NCBI GenBank assembly: GCA_964519895.1
Contig: CAZFLE010000008.1
Coordinates: 25,767-89,766, forward strand
Direction of reading: 5' to 3'
Source: an uncultured Enterobacterales bacterium
Lineage (GTDB): Bacteria; Myxococcota_A; UBA796; CAJQPC01
Length of the DNA: 64,000 bases
Shown: in pieces, positions 45,280 through 56,400 of the stretch
Layout of the letters: each line of letters starts with the position of its first letter
Position numbering within the stretch: position 1 is the stretch's first letter
Notes under the pieces: generated by a model
Databases searched by the model: none
Seen by the model: only the letters and a program-made list of their open reading frames with translations
Told to the model about the DNA's origin: nothing
Made by a program: the position numbers and the translations under genes

Positions 45280-46056
45280 ATGATCCTGGTCGACGGCAGA
45301 GCGAGCGCCACCATCCCCGCGGACGATCCCGGTCTGCTGCTGGGGTGGACCGCCTTTGACACGCTGCGGTGCTACGGCGGTGTGCCCTTTCGACTCCAGG
45401 CGCACCTGGCGCGCCTGGCGGCGTCGGCAGTGGCGCTGGACCTGACGGTGCCACCGGCCCCGCTGTTGACCGCCGAGGTCGCCCGGGTCGCGGGGCCGGA
45501 CCACCGAATCCGCATCACCTTGACCCGAGGGGGTCGTCGCATCGTGGACGGCGCACCCATCCCGCCGGGCACCGTGGGGCGCCACGTGAGCGTGGCCCGT
45601 CTGTCCTTTGAGCCGCCCGCATCCCTGCCAGGCACGGTCAAGCACGGCAGTCGGCTGGCCTGGAGCCTGGCGGCCCGGCGAGCCGGTGTGGACGAGGTGC
45701 TGCTGGTGGACCGCCAGGGCCACGTGCTCGAGGCGAGCCGCAGCTGCGTGATGGCGGTGGCCGACGGCACGCTGTGGACCCCGCCGCTGGACGGTCGCCA
45801 GCTGGGCTCCGTGACCCGGGCCGCGATGCTGGATGCGGCGGCGGACGCGGGACTGGCGGTGCGCCAGGCACCGCTGCCTGCGGCGCTGGCGGTGACCGAG
45901 CTGTACCTGGCCAGCACCCTCAAGGAGCTCTCGCCGGTGGTGCAGCTCGACGGCGCCCCGGGCCCAGGCTCGGGTCCGGTGGGCGCGGCCTTGCACCGGG
46001 CGTTCCGCGCCCGGGTGCTGCGGGAGACCGCTCAGGGCGCGGCAGCCACCTGGTAG
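45280..46056 (+). CDS. Class IV aminotransferase family protein (BCAT / aminodeoxychorismate lyase-like)
   Basis: 258 aa with GWTAFDTLRCYGGVPFRLQAHLARL and a fold-type IV layout. Subfamily not resolved. Confidence 0.7.
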   Translation: MILVDGRASATIPADDPGLLLGWTAFDTLRCYGGVPFRLQAHLARLAASAVALDLTVPPAPLLTAEVARVAGPDHRIRITLTRGGRRIVDGAPIPPGTVGRHVSVARLSFEPPASLPGTVKHGSRLAWSLAARRAGVDEVLLVDRQGHVLEASRSCVMAVADGTLWTPPLDGRQLGSVTRAAMLDAAADAGLAVRQAPLPAALAVTELYLASTLKELSPVVQLDGAPGPGSGPVGAALHRAFRARVLRETAQGAAATW

Positions 46057-46547
46057 GCGCAGTCGTCGCCCTCGACCAGCTTGCCGTCGGCCCAGGTCAG
46101 GCTGTTGGGCCGGGCGATGCCCTGGTCGCTGTCGGCCTTGAGCTCGTCGAGCCCGACGCCCGTGTCCGTGGGCCACCAGCGGCCGTTGAAGGCGACGATG
46201 CCCGACCAGGCGCACTGGGCACCCTCGGGGCAGGGGGACACCAGGTCCTGGCCCTCGAAGGTGCGGCGGTCGGCGGGCTCGCCGAAGAAGCTGATCCGGC
46301 GCTCGTAGGTGCGCTCGCCACAGGGCGCGCTGACCCAGTCCCCCACGGGTGTGGGGCCTTCGATCGCCCCGTGTTCGTCCTTGCCGTCGGGATCTTCGGT
46401 CGGCTCGTCGGCCGGCTCGTCGACCACCGGACCGTCTGCCACGGGCGGGTCCTGGGTCGCGTCGTTGTTGTCGGAGGGCTCGTTCTTGGAGCCGGCGCAT
46501 GCCAGCAACAGGGTCACGGCAGAGGCAGTCAGGGTCAGGCGCAGCAT
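46032..46547 (-). CDS. Lipoprotein, unknown function
   Basis: MLRLTLTASAVTLLLAC lipobox and an acidic Pro-rich linker. It lies downstream of the DUF362 gene. Confidence 0.5.
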   Translation of the reverse strand: MLRLTLTASAVTLLLACAGSKNEPSDNNDATQDPPVADGPVVDEPADEPTEDPDGKDEHGAIEGPTPVGDWVSAPCGERTYERRISFFGEPADRRTFEGQDLVSPCPEGAQCAWSGIVAFNGRWWPTDTGVGLDELKADSDQGIARPNSLTWADGKLVEGDDCAYQVAAAP

Positions 46548-46560
46548 AGGGTCATCATCC

Positions 46561-47724
46561 TCAGGCGGTGTCGGGGCGGCGCATCATGCCGCGGAGACCG
46601 CGGCGGCGCTGGGTGGCGAAGGGGTTGCCGTACTCCAGGAATTTGGCCCCCCACTCGGTGTCGTCGAGCCAGCCCTGGACCCGGCCCCAGCCCTCCATCG
46701 GGTACCACCAGTAGTCGTGGTAGACGAAGCTCCCGAAGATGAAGGCGTTGACCAGGGGCGTCTGGAAGGCGAGCTTGGAGAGGGGGCGCAAGGGGCCGGA
46801 CCAGAACAGGTCACCCACGGTGCTGGCGGCGTTGTCGCCGACCACGAATTCCCAGTTGGTCCGCTTGACCTCGGCGGTGTCGAGATCGCCGATGACCTCG
46901 ATGTCGTCCAGGTGGCCGTGGCCCAGGCCCTCTTCGGTGGCCAGGCGGATGCACTTGACGTCCATGGTGTCGAACCCGAGCAGCTTGGCGGTGACGGCGT
47001 CGATGGCCACCTGGTCGGACGACGCCAGCAGCAGGTTCTTCACCACCGGGAACATGGTCCTGGGACCGGGGCCCGAGCCGCAGGTGGTGCCGTCGGCCAC
47101 GGCCAGGGTGCTGGCCTGGATCTCCTGCTGGATGCGCAACAGGTCCACGAGGGTCTCGTGGATGGTCGGGTGGCAGTAGTGACGGGTCTTGTCGAGCAAC
47201 GCCCCGAAGGCGTTCTTCATCGCGCAGGTGTAGTCGGTGTAGATGTGCGTCTTGAGCGTGGGCAGGTGCACCACGTTCTTGCCGAAGAAGTAGTCGGGGA
47301 TCCGGATGCCCTTGGGGAAGACCTTGTCCAGGGTGAGCATCTTGCCCTTGGGCTCATAGGTCACCCAGCGCATGTCTCGCGGGTCGAAGTTGTACTTGAC
47401 CTGGAGCCCGTATTTCTCGTGGACCGGGGTGAAGTTGTTGAGGAATTCACCCTTCTTGGCGTTGGTCACGACCGTCCGGTTCTCGACCACGACCATGTCG
47501 TCGAAGCCGTCGCTCCGGAGCTTGCGGGCCACGCCCTCGACCTGCCAGGGCGTGGTGTTCGCCGACGGGTAGAGCATGTGCCAGGAGATGTTGTTCTTGA
47601 GGATCGTGGTGGCGTCGGGATCCAGGATGTCCTGGTACTCGATCAGGTCCAGGAGTCGCGCGTAGTCCTGGAGCACCGTCTCTGGGGTGGTCCGAACGGC
47701 GGCGACGATGGACTTGTTGCTCAT
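46561..47724 (-). CDS. DUF362 domain-containing protein
   Basis: 387 aa. ILKNNISW..., VADGTTCGSGPGPRTMFP..., LLASSDQVAIDAVTAKLLGF resemble DUF362. This is a by-eye assignment. Confidence 0.6.
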   Translation of the reverse strand: MSNKSIVAAVRTTPETVLQDYARLLDLIEYQDILDPDATTILKNNISWHMLYPSANTTPWQVEGVARKLRSDGFDDMVVVENRTVVTNAKKGEFLNNFTPVHEKYGLQVKYNFDPRDMRWVTYEPKGKMLTLDKVFPKGIRIPDYFFGKNVVHLPTLKTHIYTDYTCAMKNAFGALLDKTRHYCHPTIHETLVDLLRIQQEIQASTLAVADGTTCGSGPGPRTMFPVVKNLLLASSDQVAIDAVTAKLLGFDTMDVKCIRLATEEGLGHGHLDDIEVIGDLDTAEVKRTNWEFVVGDNAASTVGDLFWSGPLRPLSKLAFQTPLVNAFIFGSFVYHDYWWYPMEGWGRVQGWLDDTEWGAKFLEYGNPFATQRRRGLRGMMRRPDTA

Positions 47725-47783
47725 GGGGGCTCCGAGGGCCGGTCAGGGTGCACTGCCATATCCTCTGGAGAGGAGGCGTCGCG

Positions 47784-48953
47784 ATGCTGAGCGGGCTGGA
47801 GGTGTTCCTGGAGGAAGAGGTGGCGAGCCTGCGGGACGCCCGCGTGGGGTTGGTCTGCAACCACACCGCCGTGGACCGGCGCCTGCGCCATGCCGTGGAG
47901 CTGCTGGCTGGCGCCGGGGTCCGGCTCACGCGCTTGTTCGCGCCCGAGCACGGCATCGCCGCCACGGCCCAGGACATGATCCCGGTGGACGGCGAGGACG
48001 GCGAGGTCGCGGTGATCTCGCTCTACGGGGACTCGGCCGCGTCGCTACGGCCCCAGCCCGAGGTGGTCGCGGATCTGGACGTGGTGCTGTTCGACATCCA
48101 GGACGTGGGCGCCCGCTACTACACCTACCAGGCGACCCTGGGGTATCTGATGGAGGTGGCGGCCCAGACCGACACCCGCGTCGTCGTGCTGGATCGGCCC
48201 AACCCCATCAACGGCGTCGACGTGGAAGGCAATGTGGTCCGCGAGGGCTTCGAGTCCTTCGTGAGCGCCTACCCCCTGGCCGTGCGGCACGGCATGACCA
48301 TGGGCGAGCTGGCGGGCTTCTTCCAGCGGCACTGCGGGGTCGGAGGCCAGGTGGACGTGGTGCGATGCCGGGGCTGGCGGCGGGATCAGTGGTTCGACGA
48401 GGTCGACGCGCCGTGGGTCTACCCGAGCCCCAACATGCCGACCCTGGAGACGGCGGTCATCTACCCGGGCATGTGTCTGATCGAAGGCACAAACCTGAGC
48501 GAGGGTCGTGGCACCACGCGGCCCTTCCACCTGGTCGGTGCGCCCTGGCTCCACCCGGGGCGCTTCACCCGGCTCTGTCGGCGAGGGGCCAAGGACAATG
48601 GCCTGACCGGGGTGGCCTTTCGCGAGGCCACCTTCTTGCCGCAATTCCAGAAGCACGCAGGTGTGGTCTGCGGCGGCACCGAGGTCCACGTCGAGGACCG
48701 CGACGCCCTGGAGTCCTTCCTGCTGGGCCTGGTGATCATCGAGGCCGCCCGGCGGGCGGATGCCGAGCACTTCGCCTGGCGCACCGAGACCTACGAATTC
48801 GTCGACGAGCCCATCGCCATCGATCTCTTGTGCGGCAGCCGCGACGCGCGGTTGGCCCTGGAGGCCCGGGTCCGACCCCGGGACCTCCTGGAGGGCTGGC
48901 GGGGAGAGCTGTCGGACTGGCTCGAGCGCCGGGAGAGCTGCCTGCTCTACTGA
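47784..48953 (+). CDS. DUF1343 family protein (exo-beta-N-acetylmuramidase NamZ-like)
   Basis: Start MLSGLEVFL (aa 13 of the track ORF). It contains LFAPEHG, DIQDVGARYYTY, LDRPNPING and RHGMTMGELA. Confidence 0.8.
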   Translation: MLSGLEVFLEEEVASLRDARVGLVCNHTAVDRRLRHAVELLAGAGVRLTRLFAPEHGIAATAQDMIPVDGEDGEVAVISLYGDSAASLRPQPEVVADLDVVLFDIQDVGARYYTYQATLGYLMEVAAQTDTRVVVLDRPNPINGVDVEGNVVREGFESFVSAYPLAVRHGMTMGELAGFFQRHCGVGGQVDVVRCRGWRRDQWFDEVDAPWVYPSPNMPTLETAVIYPGMCLIEGTNLSEGRGTTRPFHLVGAPWLHPGRFTRLCRRGAKDNGLTGVAFREATFLPQFQKHAGVVCGGTEVHVEDRDALESFLLGLVIIEAARRADAEHFAWRTETYEFVDEPIAIDLLCGSRDARLALEARVRPRDLLEGWRGELSDWLERRESCLLY

Positions 48954-50206
48954 CGTCGCCGGGCGAAGACCAGGCCCGGCAGGAGCCAGACCCAGGCGAC
49001 CGGCGGCGTGCGGGTGGCGGTGCAGCCCAGACAGCCCTCCTCGGCGGCGGGCGGCGGCAGGTCGGTGTCCCCTGAGTCGGCCGGGGCCGTGATCGTCCCG
49101 GTGTCGTCGGTGGTGACGTGGGGCCCTGTGTCGTCGGGCACGCTGGTGTCCCCGGTGTCGTCGGGGTCGTCGAAGGCGGCCAGGTCCAGGGTGAGCTCGC
49201 GGATCCGAGGCGACACGTAGCCAGGGGTCCCGGTGATGCGGTCATAGGTCAGCAAGAGCTTGTCGCCCTCGACCAGCATGGAGGGGCGCATGGACCCATC
49301 GGGCACCGGGTCGTCGGTGATCTGGTTCGTCTCCAGCAGGGTCCAGTCCCGGTCGAAGACGGCGATCCACAGGTCCCCCCAGTCGGACTTCCAGCCCTCG
49401 GACCAGGTCTGGTGCATGTAGGCGACCAGGAAGCGGTCTCCGACGGCCTGGACCGACTGGGCCCAGTAGACGCGGCTGTCGGGCGCGTCGTCGAGGGTGA
49501 GCACCGCCCGGTTGTCCAGCACCGTGAGGTCCCACTCCAGGGTGGCCACCTCGATGCTTCCCTGGAACTCGTCGGTGCCGACGTGCAGCAGCTTGCCGGT
49601 GTGCGGGTCCTCGAGCAGCGTCGTGCCTTCGGTCGAGAAGGGGGTGCCCAGGACCTCTTGTCGGGAGGTTTCCTGGGCGTCTTCGTCAAAGGTGAAGAAC
49701 CAGCCGCTGAAGGTGCTGATGTCGTAGAAGGCGGCGACGGTGCCCTGCTCCGAGCAGACCATGGCCATGTCGTTGAAGCGCAAGGTGCCGTGGGACTCCG
49801 AGATGGTGCTGTGGCCGAGGGTCTCGAAGGCCGCGTCGTAGCGCCAGGCGTAGCCACTGTCGTTGTGGGTGCCGACCCCGGCTGAGCCCACGTGGAAGTA
49901 GGAGCCGTCCGGGCACTTGCTGATGGCGTGGTCGTCCAGGGTGTTGAAGTCGGTGAGGCGCACCCGGTTGGCGTCCTGGACATCGAACTCGGCAGACATC
50001 TCGAGGAGGTTGTAGTCCCCGCCTGCGCCGAACAGGAAGTGCCAGGCGCCGACGTTGCTCTCGTCGGGGAAGAGCCGCACCCAGGAGCCGGCGAAGCCCG
50101 GCGTGATCTCCTCGCCGACGGCAGAGATGTGGGCGCTGTCCAGGGCCCAGGACGTGGCGGTGAGGAGCAGGAACACGTCGGACCTCGCTCGGGCATCTTC
50201 GCCCAC
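48947..50206 (-). CDS. Secreted hypothetical protein with MYXO-CTERM-like tail
   Basis: 419 aa from a GTG start, with a signal-like N-terminus. The C-terminus is EEGCLGCTATRTPPVAWVWLLPGLVFARRRQ. Confidence 0.5.
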   Translation of the reverse strand: MGEDARARSDVFLLLTATSWALDSAHISAVGEEITPGFAGSWVRLFPDESNVGAWHFLFGAGGDYNLLEMSAEFDVQDANRVRLTDFNTLDDHAISKCPDGSYFHVGSAGVGTHNDSGYAWRYDAAFETLGHSTISESHGTLRFNDMAMVCSEQGTVAAFYDISTFSGWFFTFDEDAQETSRQEVLGTPFSTEGTTLLEDPHTGKLLHVGTDEFQGSIEVATLEWDLTVLDNRAVLTLDDAPDSRVYWAQSVQAVGDRFLVAYMHQTWSEGWKSDWGDLWIAVFDRDWTLLETNQITDDPVPDGSMRPSMLVEGDKLLLTYDRITGTPGYVSPRIRELTLDLAAFDDPDDTGDTSVPDDTGPHVTTDDTGTITAPADSGDTDLPPPAAEEGCLGCTATRTPPVAWVWLLPGLVFARRRQ

Positions 50207-50267
50207 TGCGGCGGCTGCCGCTGCCCTCGGTGTACGACATGGGGCGTCGGATCGCCAGGTTCGGTCC

Positions 50268-50429
50268 TAGTGGGGTGAGTCTGAAGTTCGCTGGAATTCA
50301 CTTGCCCTCGACGCCGCTGGCGGCGTTCCGGCTCCTGGACGTGACTCGGCCACGACTGCGTCGCCGCGCCTTGCCAGCGACGCCGATTGCGGCGCGACTT
50401 CCGACGCGAACTTCAGCCTCACCCCACTA
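50268..50429. mobile_element. MITE-like 162-bp element, copy 2
   Basis: TA-gtggggtgagtctgaagttcgc ... gcgaacttcagcctcaccccac-TA. The terminal inverted repeats match at 21 of 22 positions. It differs from copy 1 by 6 substitutions. Confidence 0.7.
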
Positions 50430-53400
50430 CAGGCCGCCCTCGCTCAGGATCCAGACGCCGCCGGCGTTGCTGCCGCCGGTGTCGGTCCCTGTTCCCCCGA
50501 TCAACAGGTCTGGCAAGCCGTCCCCGTCGGTGTCGGCCGCGCCCAGGCTGGTGCCTGCGGCGTCGTCGCCGTCGCCTTCGTGCAGGCCGTCGGCCGCGTC
50601 CAGCTCGGTGGTGCCCGAGGTCGGCGCGAGCACCACGAAGACCCTTCCAGCGCCGTCGGCGGCGTCGGGGGCACCCACCACCAGGTCCAGGTTCCCGTCC
50701 CCGTCCAGGTCGCCAGGACCCAGGATGGCCGCGCCGGAGCCGTCGTATCGCTCGGCGCCGTGCACCCGCCAGGCCGCGTCGACCAGGGATCCGCCGGAGA
50801 GGCCGTCGACCACGTAGGTCACCCCGGATGCGAGGGCTGCGCCTGTGGCGCCGGGCGCCCCGATGCCGATGTCGTCCAGGCCGTCGCCGTCGAGATCGCC
50901 CAGTCCGGCCACGGTCGTGCCGGCGTCGTCACCCCCGTCTTCGGCGGTCCAGATCGCGTCGGCGCTGGACAGGGTGAACGTGCCGCTGATCGGGCCGAAC
51001 ACCAGGTAGGCCGCGCCGCCGTCGTCGGTGCCCGGGGCGCCGACCACCACGTCGGCGAAGCCGTCGCCGTCCACGTCGCCTGCACCGGCCGCGGAGTGCC
51101 CGGCGTAGTGGTAGCGATCCTCGCCGACCAACAGGGCCGTTGCGCCGGCCAGGGAGCCGCCGGCGGTGGGGTCGGTCAGCACGTAGACGCCGCCCGCCTT
51201 GCTGCCGCCGGTGCCCAGACGCTCGGTGCCGACGAGCACGTCGGTGTTGCCGTCGCCGTTGATGTCGCCCGCCCCGGCCACGGCGTTGCCCGCCCGATCG
51301 TTGCCGTTCTCACCGGTCCACTCGGTGGCCCCGTTGGTGACCTTGCCGTTCCCGGTGGGGGCCGTCGTGATCAGGTAGACCGCGCCGGCCTTGTTGTCCG
51401 CCGTGCTGTCGTAGGGCCCGCCGACCACCGCGTCGTCGAGCCCGTCGCCGTCTACATCGCCCACGCCGGCGACGGACTGACCGATCTTGTCGTAGCGCTC
51501 GGCCCCATAGCGGCGGTGGCCCACGCTGTAGAGGGCCTGGGCGCCGGAGACCGGGCCGAAGACGACGTAGCTGGTGCCCGACTTGTAGGTGGCTTCGTCG
51601 ACCGTGCGCTTGTAGCCGGGGCTGCCCACCAGGAAGTCCTCGTAGCCGTCGCCGTCCAGGTCGCCGGCGCCGGACACCGAGGTCCCAGCTTCGTAGTCGT
51701 CCCCTTCGCCGTACAGGACCGCATCGGCTGCGCTGAGCCAGGTCGTGCCGTCCAGGCCACAGCCAGCGTCCAGGCCGTCGCAGTCGGAGTCCACCGCGTC
51801 GCCGCAGTAGTCCCGCTCGTCGGGGTTCACCGTGCGGGCGTCGTCGTCGCAGTCGCCGCCCGTCTCCGAGGCCTCGGCGGGCAGGCTGCAGGCGCTGACG
51901 GGGTTGTTGTCGTCGCCCCAGCCGTCGCCGTCCAGGTCGGCGTAGAAGGTCAGGGCGTCGGTGGCGCCGCCTTCGTCCGTGTCGCCGTCGCAGTCGTTGT
52001 CGACGTCGTCGCAGACCTCGGTGCCGTCCGGGTTGACCGTGGCGTCCTTGTCCTTGCAGTCCTCGCTGTTCTGGGTGGTGCCCGAGGGCTGGTCGCAGGC
52101 GTAGACGGGGTCTCGGCTCGCCCCGTAGCCGTCGCCGTCTTCGTCCTGGTACCAGGCGACCGCGTCCACGGCGTCGGGATCGTCGTCGGTGCCGTCGCAG
52201 TCGGAGTCGATGCCGTCGCCGCAGGTCTCGGCCGCGTTGGGGTGCATCGTCGCGTCGGCGTCGTCGCAGTCGGTGCGGTTGACCACGTAGCCGTCGGGCG
52301 CATCGCACGCGTCGACGGTGTCGGACACATCGCCGTACTCGTCGCCGTCGTCGTCGGCGTACCAGGTCGAGCCGGCGTCCTCGTCGGTGGTGCCGTCGCA
52401 GTCGCCGTCCAGGCCGTCGCAGATCTCCGGAGCCAACGGGTAGATCTCGGTGCGGGTGTCGTCGCAGTCGTCGTCCGTTGCCGCGTGGCCCGCCGGCTTC
52501 TCGCACGCCTGGACCGGGTCGCCGGCACCGTGGTGGTCGTTGTCGCCGTCGACGTACCAGGTGCTGGTGTCCGGGGCGTCCTCGTCGACGGTGCCGTCGC
52601 AGTCGTTGTCCTGGCTGTCGCAGAACTCGGCCGCGCCGGGGTGGCTCAGCGCCTCTCGGTCGTCGCAGTCCTGGGCATCCGTGGTGTAGCCGCTGGGCAT
52701 GTCGCAGGTGGCCGTCCAGCGGTTCGGGTCGCCGTAGCCGTCGCTGTCCTCGTCCCGGTACCACACCCCCACGTCCACGGCCGTGTCCTCGTCGACCATC
52801 TCGTCGCAGTCGTTGTCCACGGCGTCCTGACAGAGCTCGTCGGCGCCCGGGGAGACCGCCGGGTCGGCGTCGTCGCAGTCGTCGCCCTGGGCGACAGCAC
52901 TTGTCGGGGGGGTGCAGGCGATCACGCGGGTGTCGGGGTCCCCCCAGCCGTCGCCGTCTGCGTCGGTGTAGAAGCGGGTCGCGTCTTCGGCGCCCTCCTC
53001 GTCGACCATGCTGTCGCAGTCGTTGTCGACCCCATCGCACTGCTCCGTGGCGTCGGGGGAGATCGCCGGGTCGGCGTCGTCGCAGTCGTCGTCGTTGCGC
53101 ACCGCGCCCGAAGGCGCCATGCAGGCCTCGACGGCCTGGGCGGGATCGCCGAAGCCGTCGGCGTCGGTGTCGCTGTAGAACAGGTCGAAGTCGTCGCCGG
53201 AGTCCTCGTCGACCGCGTCGTCGCAGTCGTTGTCCACCAGGTCGCAGATCTCGGCCGCGTCGGGGTTGAGCGTGGCGTCACGGTCGTCGCAGTCCAGGAC
53301 CTCGGCATGGCCGGACTCGGGCTGTTCGCAGGCCACGCGGGACGAGAGGGCGCCGGCGTAGCCGTCGCTGTCGCGGTCCAGGTACCAGGTCGGCGCGTCG

Positions 53401-56400
53401 GCGGCCTCGCCCTCGTCGATGTCGTCGTCGCAGTCGTTGTCGAGGCCGTCGCAGTACTCGTCGGCGCCAGGGCTCAGGCCAGCGTCGTCGTCGTCGCAGT
53501 CTCCTCCGGCGCTGACGGTGCCGCTGGGGGCCTCGCAGCGCTCGACCGTGGTGGCGTCGTCGCCGTAGCCGTCGCCGTCGGCGTCGGTGTACCAGAGGGT
53601 CATCAGGGACTGGTCCTGGTGGATGCTGTCGGTCAGCATCGCCACGCCGCCGCCGGCACCGATCCCGGGGCCGCCCATCACCAGGTCGGGCAAGGCATCG
53701 CCGTCCAGGTCAGGGCTCCAGGCCACGGCCCAGCCCAGGTTGTCGTCGGACATCGCGCCTTCGACGGTTAGATCGGACTCGTCGGTGCTGCGCACGCCCA
53801 GGGGGGTACCGTAGAACAGGTGGACCGCGCCGGCCCGACCCCGGTTGCTGTCGTTCTCGCGGTTGGGGGTGCCCAGGGCGAGGTCGGGGGAGCCGTCGCC
53901 GTCGAAGTCGGCCCCGCCGGCCACCACGTAGCCCACGGGGCCCCCGCCGGTTCCGACGACCGTGGCGTCCGAAGCGGCCAGGTCCACCACCCCGGCGAAG
54001 GGAGACAGCGCCAGGTGCACGGCGCCGGTGACCTCGTGGGTCGCGTCCTCGGTGCCCGGTGCGCCGATGAGCAGGTCGTCGAGCCCGTCGCCGTTCAGGT
54101 CGCCCGCCGTGGACAGGGCGTAGCCGGCCAGGGCGCCTTCGCTCGAGCCGGTGAACACCACGTCGGCGTCCGCGGGGGTCAGATCCCCAGAGAGCGGACC
54201 GCGGAAGAGCAGGGCGGCCCCGGCGTCGGCGTGGGCCGTGTCGTCGCCCCAGGCCCCGATGAGCACGTCGTCGTGGCCGTCGCCGTCTGTGTCGCCCACG
54301 CCGGCCACGCTGTGGCCCAGGAGCAGGAGCGGCGCGTCCCCGCGGATTGCCGCGTCGGCGCTGTCCAGCATCCGGTCGCCGGTGATCGGGCCGTGCACGA
54401 GGTAGGCCGCACCGGACGCCGGGCCGTTGGGGTCGGCTTCGCTGGCGCCGATGAGCAGGTCGTTGAGTCCGTCCCCGTCGACGTCGCCCGCAGCAGCGAC
54501 GCTGACCCCGGCGAAGTCGCCACGGCGCTCGCCGACCAGGATCGCGTCGGCGGCCCCCAGGTCGACCTGGCCCGAGATAGGACCGGTGACGACGAAGACG
54601 GCCCCTTCGTGCCAGCCGTCCGCGGAGAAGGTCCGGCGGTTCGGGGCCCCGATGGCCAGATCGTCGTAGCCGTCGCCGTCGATGTCCCCCAGGCCGGCCA
54701 GGGTGTAGCCGGCCCAGCCGCCTTCGGTGTCGCCGAGCAATACGGCGTCGGCGTCTTCCAGGTCGACCTCGCCCAAGATGGGCCCGTAGAAGACGTAGAC
54801 CGCGCCGGCTTCGCCTTCGTCGCCGGGTGCACCGACCGCCAGGTCGTCGAGGCCGTCGCCGTCGAGGTCGCCGACCGCCGACAGGGCGTAGCCGGCGTCC
54901 TGGCCGTAGCGCTCTCCGGTGATCAGCAGATCGGCAAGGTCGAGCCCCTCCACCGGATCCAGGTCGGCAGGGATCTGATCGGTCCGGCCGTCGCAGTCGT
55001 TGTCGACACCGTCGCAGGTCTCGGTGGCTCCTGGATAGGCCGCGCCGTCGCTGTCGTCGCAGTCGGTGGCGTCGGCGACGGCGTCGCTGGGCTGGTCGCA
55101 GGACTCGACCGGGCTCGCGGCGTCGCCGAAGCCGTCGCCGTCGCCGTCTAGGTACCAGGTGAGCGACTCGCAGGGGTCTTCTTCGGGGGTGTCGTCGACC
55201 GGGTCGTCGTCTTCGGGGGGATCGTTGTCGCTGGGCAGGCCGGTGTCGTCGGGGTCGGGGTCCGGGTCAGCGGTCAGGCCGGTGTCTTGGGGCTCGTCGT
55301 CGGGCTCGTCGTCTGCGGGCTCGTCGTCGGGCTCGTCCTGGGGCTCGTCGTCGTCTGCAGGCTCGTCGTCGTCTGCAGGCTCATCTTCGTCCGCGTCGTC
55401 GGGGAGGTCGGTGACCGGGTCATCTTCTGGTGGGTCGTCGTCTACGGGCTCTTCTTCTACGGGCTCCTCTTCTACGGGCTCGTCATCGGTGGGCTGGTCG
55501 TCGACCGGGTCGTCGATGGGGTCCTCGTCCGCGGGGTCGTCGACCGGGTCGTCGACCGGATCATCCACCGGGTCGTCGATTACGGGGTCGTCGTCGGTGG
55601 TGTCGCCGCAGGCCTCCAGGCCCTCGTCGACGGCGCCGTCGCAGTCGTCGTCTCCTTCGTCGCAGACCTCGTCGGCCCCGGGAAAGGTCTGGGCGTCGGC
55701 GTCGTCGCAGTCGTCGGCGTCATCCAGGGCGCCGGGTCCGGCCTCGCAGGCCTGGACTGTCGTGTCGGCATCGCCGTGGCCATCGCCGTCTGTGTCTGCG
55801 AAGAAGTCGGCGCCCAGGTACTGCTCGGCGGCGTCGGCACCAGGGATCAGGAAGGCCGCACCGGCATTGCGCCCGCCGACGTCGTCTCTCAGCGCACCGA
55901 CGGCGAAGTCGGGCACGCCGTCCCCGTCGGTGTCGCCCGCGCCGGTCACACTGAACCCGGCCAGAGCGCCGGCCCCGCCGCGGGCCATCAGGGCGCCGTC
56001 ATCGAGGGTCAGGCTGCCGGTCACCGGTCCGGAGAAGAGCACGGCGCTGCCGAAGTCTCCGGCAGGTGCGCCGATCACCACGTCGCCCAGGCCGTCGCCG
56101 TCCACGTCACCCACGCCGGCCACGGAGAAGCCCGCGTCAGAGGACACGCCGTTGCCGTCGAGCAAGGTGTCCGCCAGCCCCAGGCTCAGCTCGCCGTCGA
56201 CCGGGGACAGCAGGACATAGGCCCGGTCCTGACCCGGGGCACCGACCAACAGGTCGGCCAGCCCGTCGCCGTCCAAGTCGCCGGCGCCGGCCACCGACGT
56301 GCCGGCGCTGGCAAAATCCGTCTCGCCGATGAGCACGGCGTCGGCGTCTTCCAGGCTGAGCTCTCCGGCCACTGGGCCGCGCACCAGGTAGACGGCCCCG

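Noticed and set aside
41258-45454. A 1398-aa minus-strand ORF. Likewise 44080..46500 (806 aa), 42067..45276 (plus strand, 1069 aa) and 32977..35583 (plus strand, 868 aa).
   Set aside because: Only the C-terminal parts are real genes: the response regulator, the gcdH-like gene and mini-pilin 1. The upstream portions are out-of-frame read-through across neighbouring genes, with Arg/Pro/Gly-rich translations.
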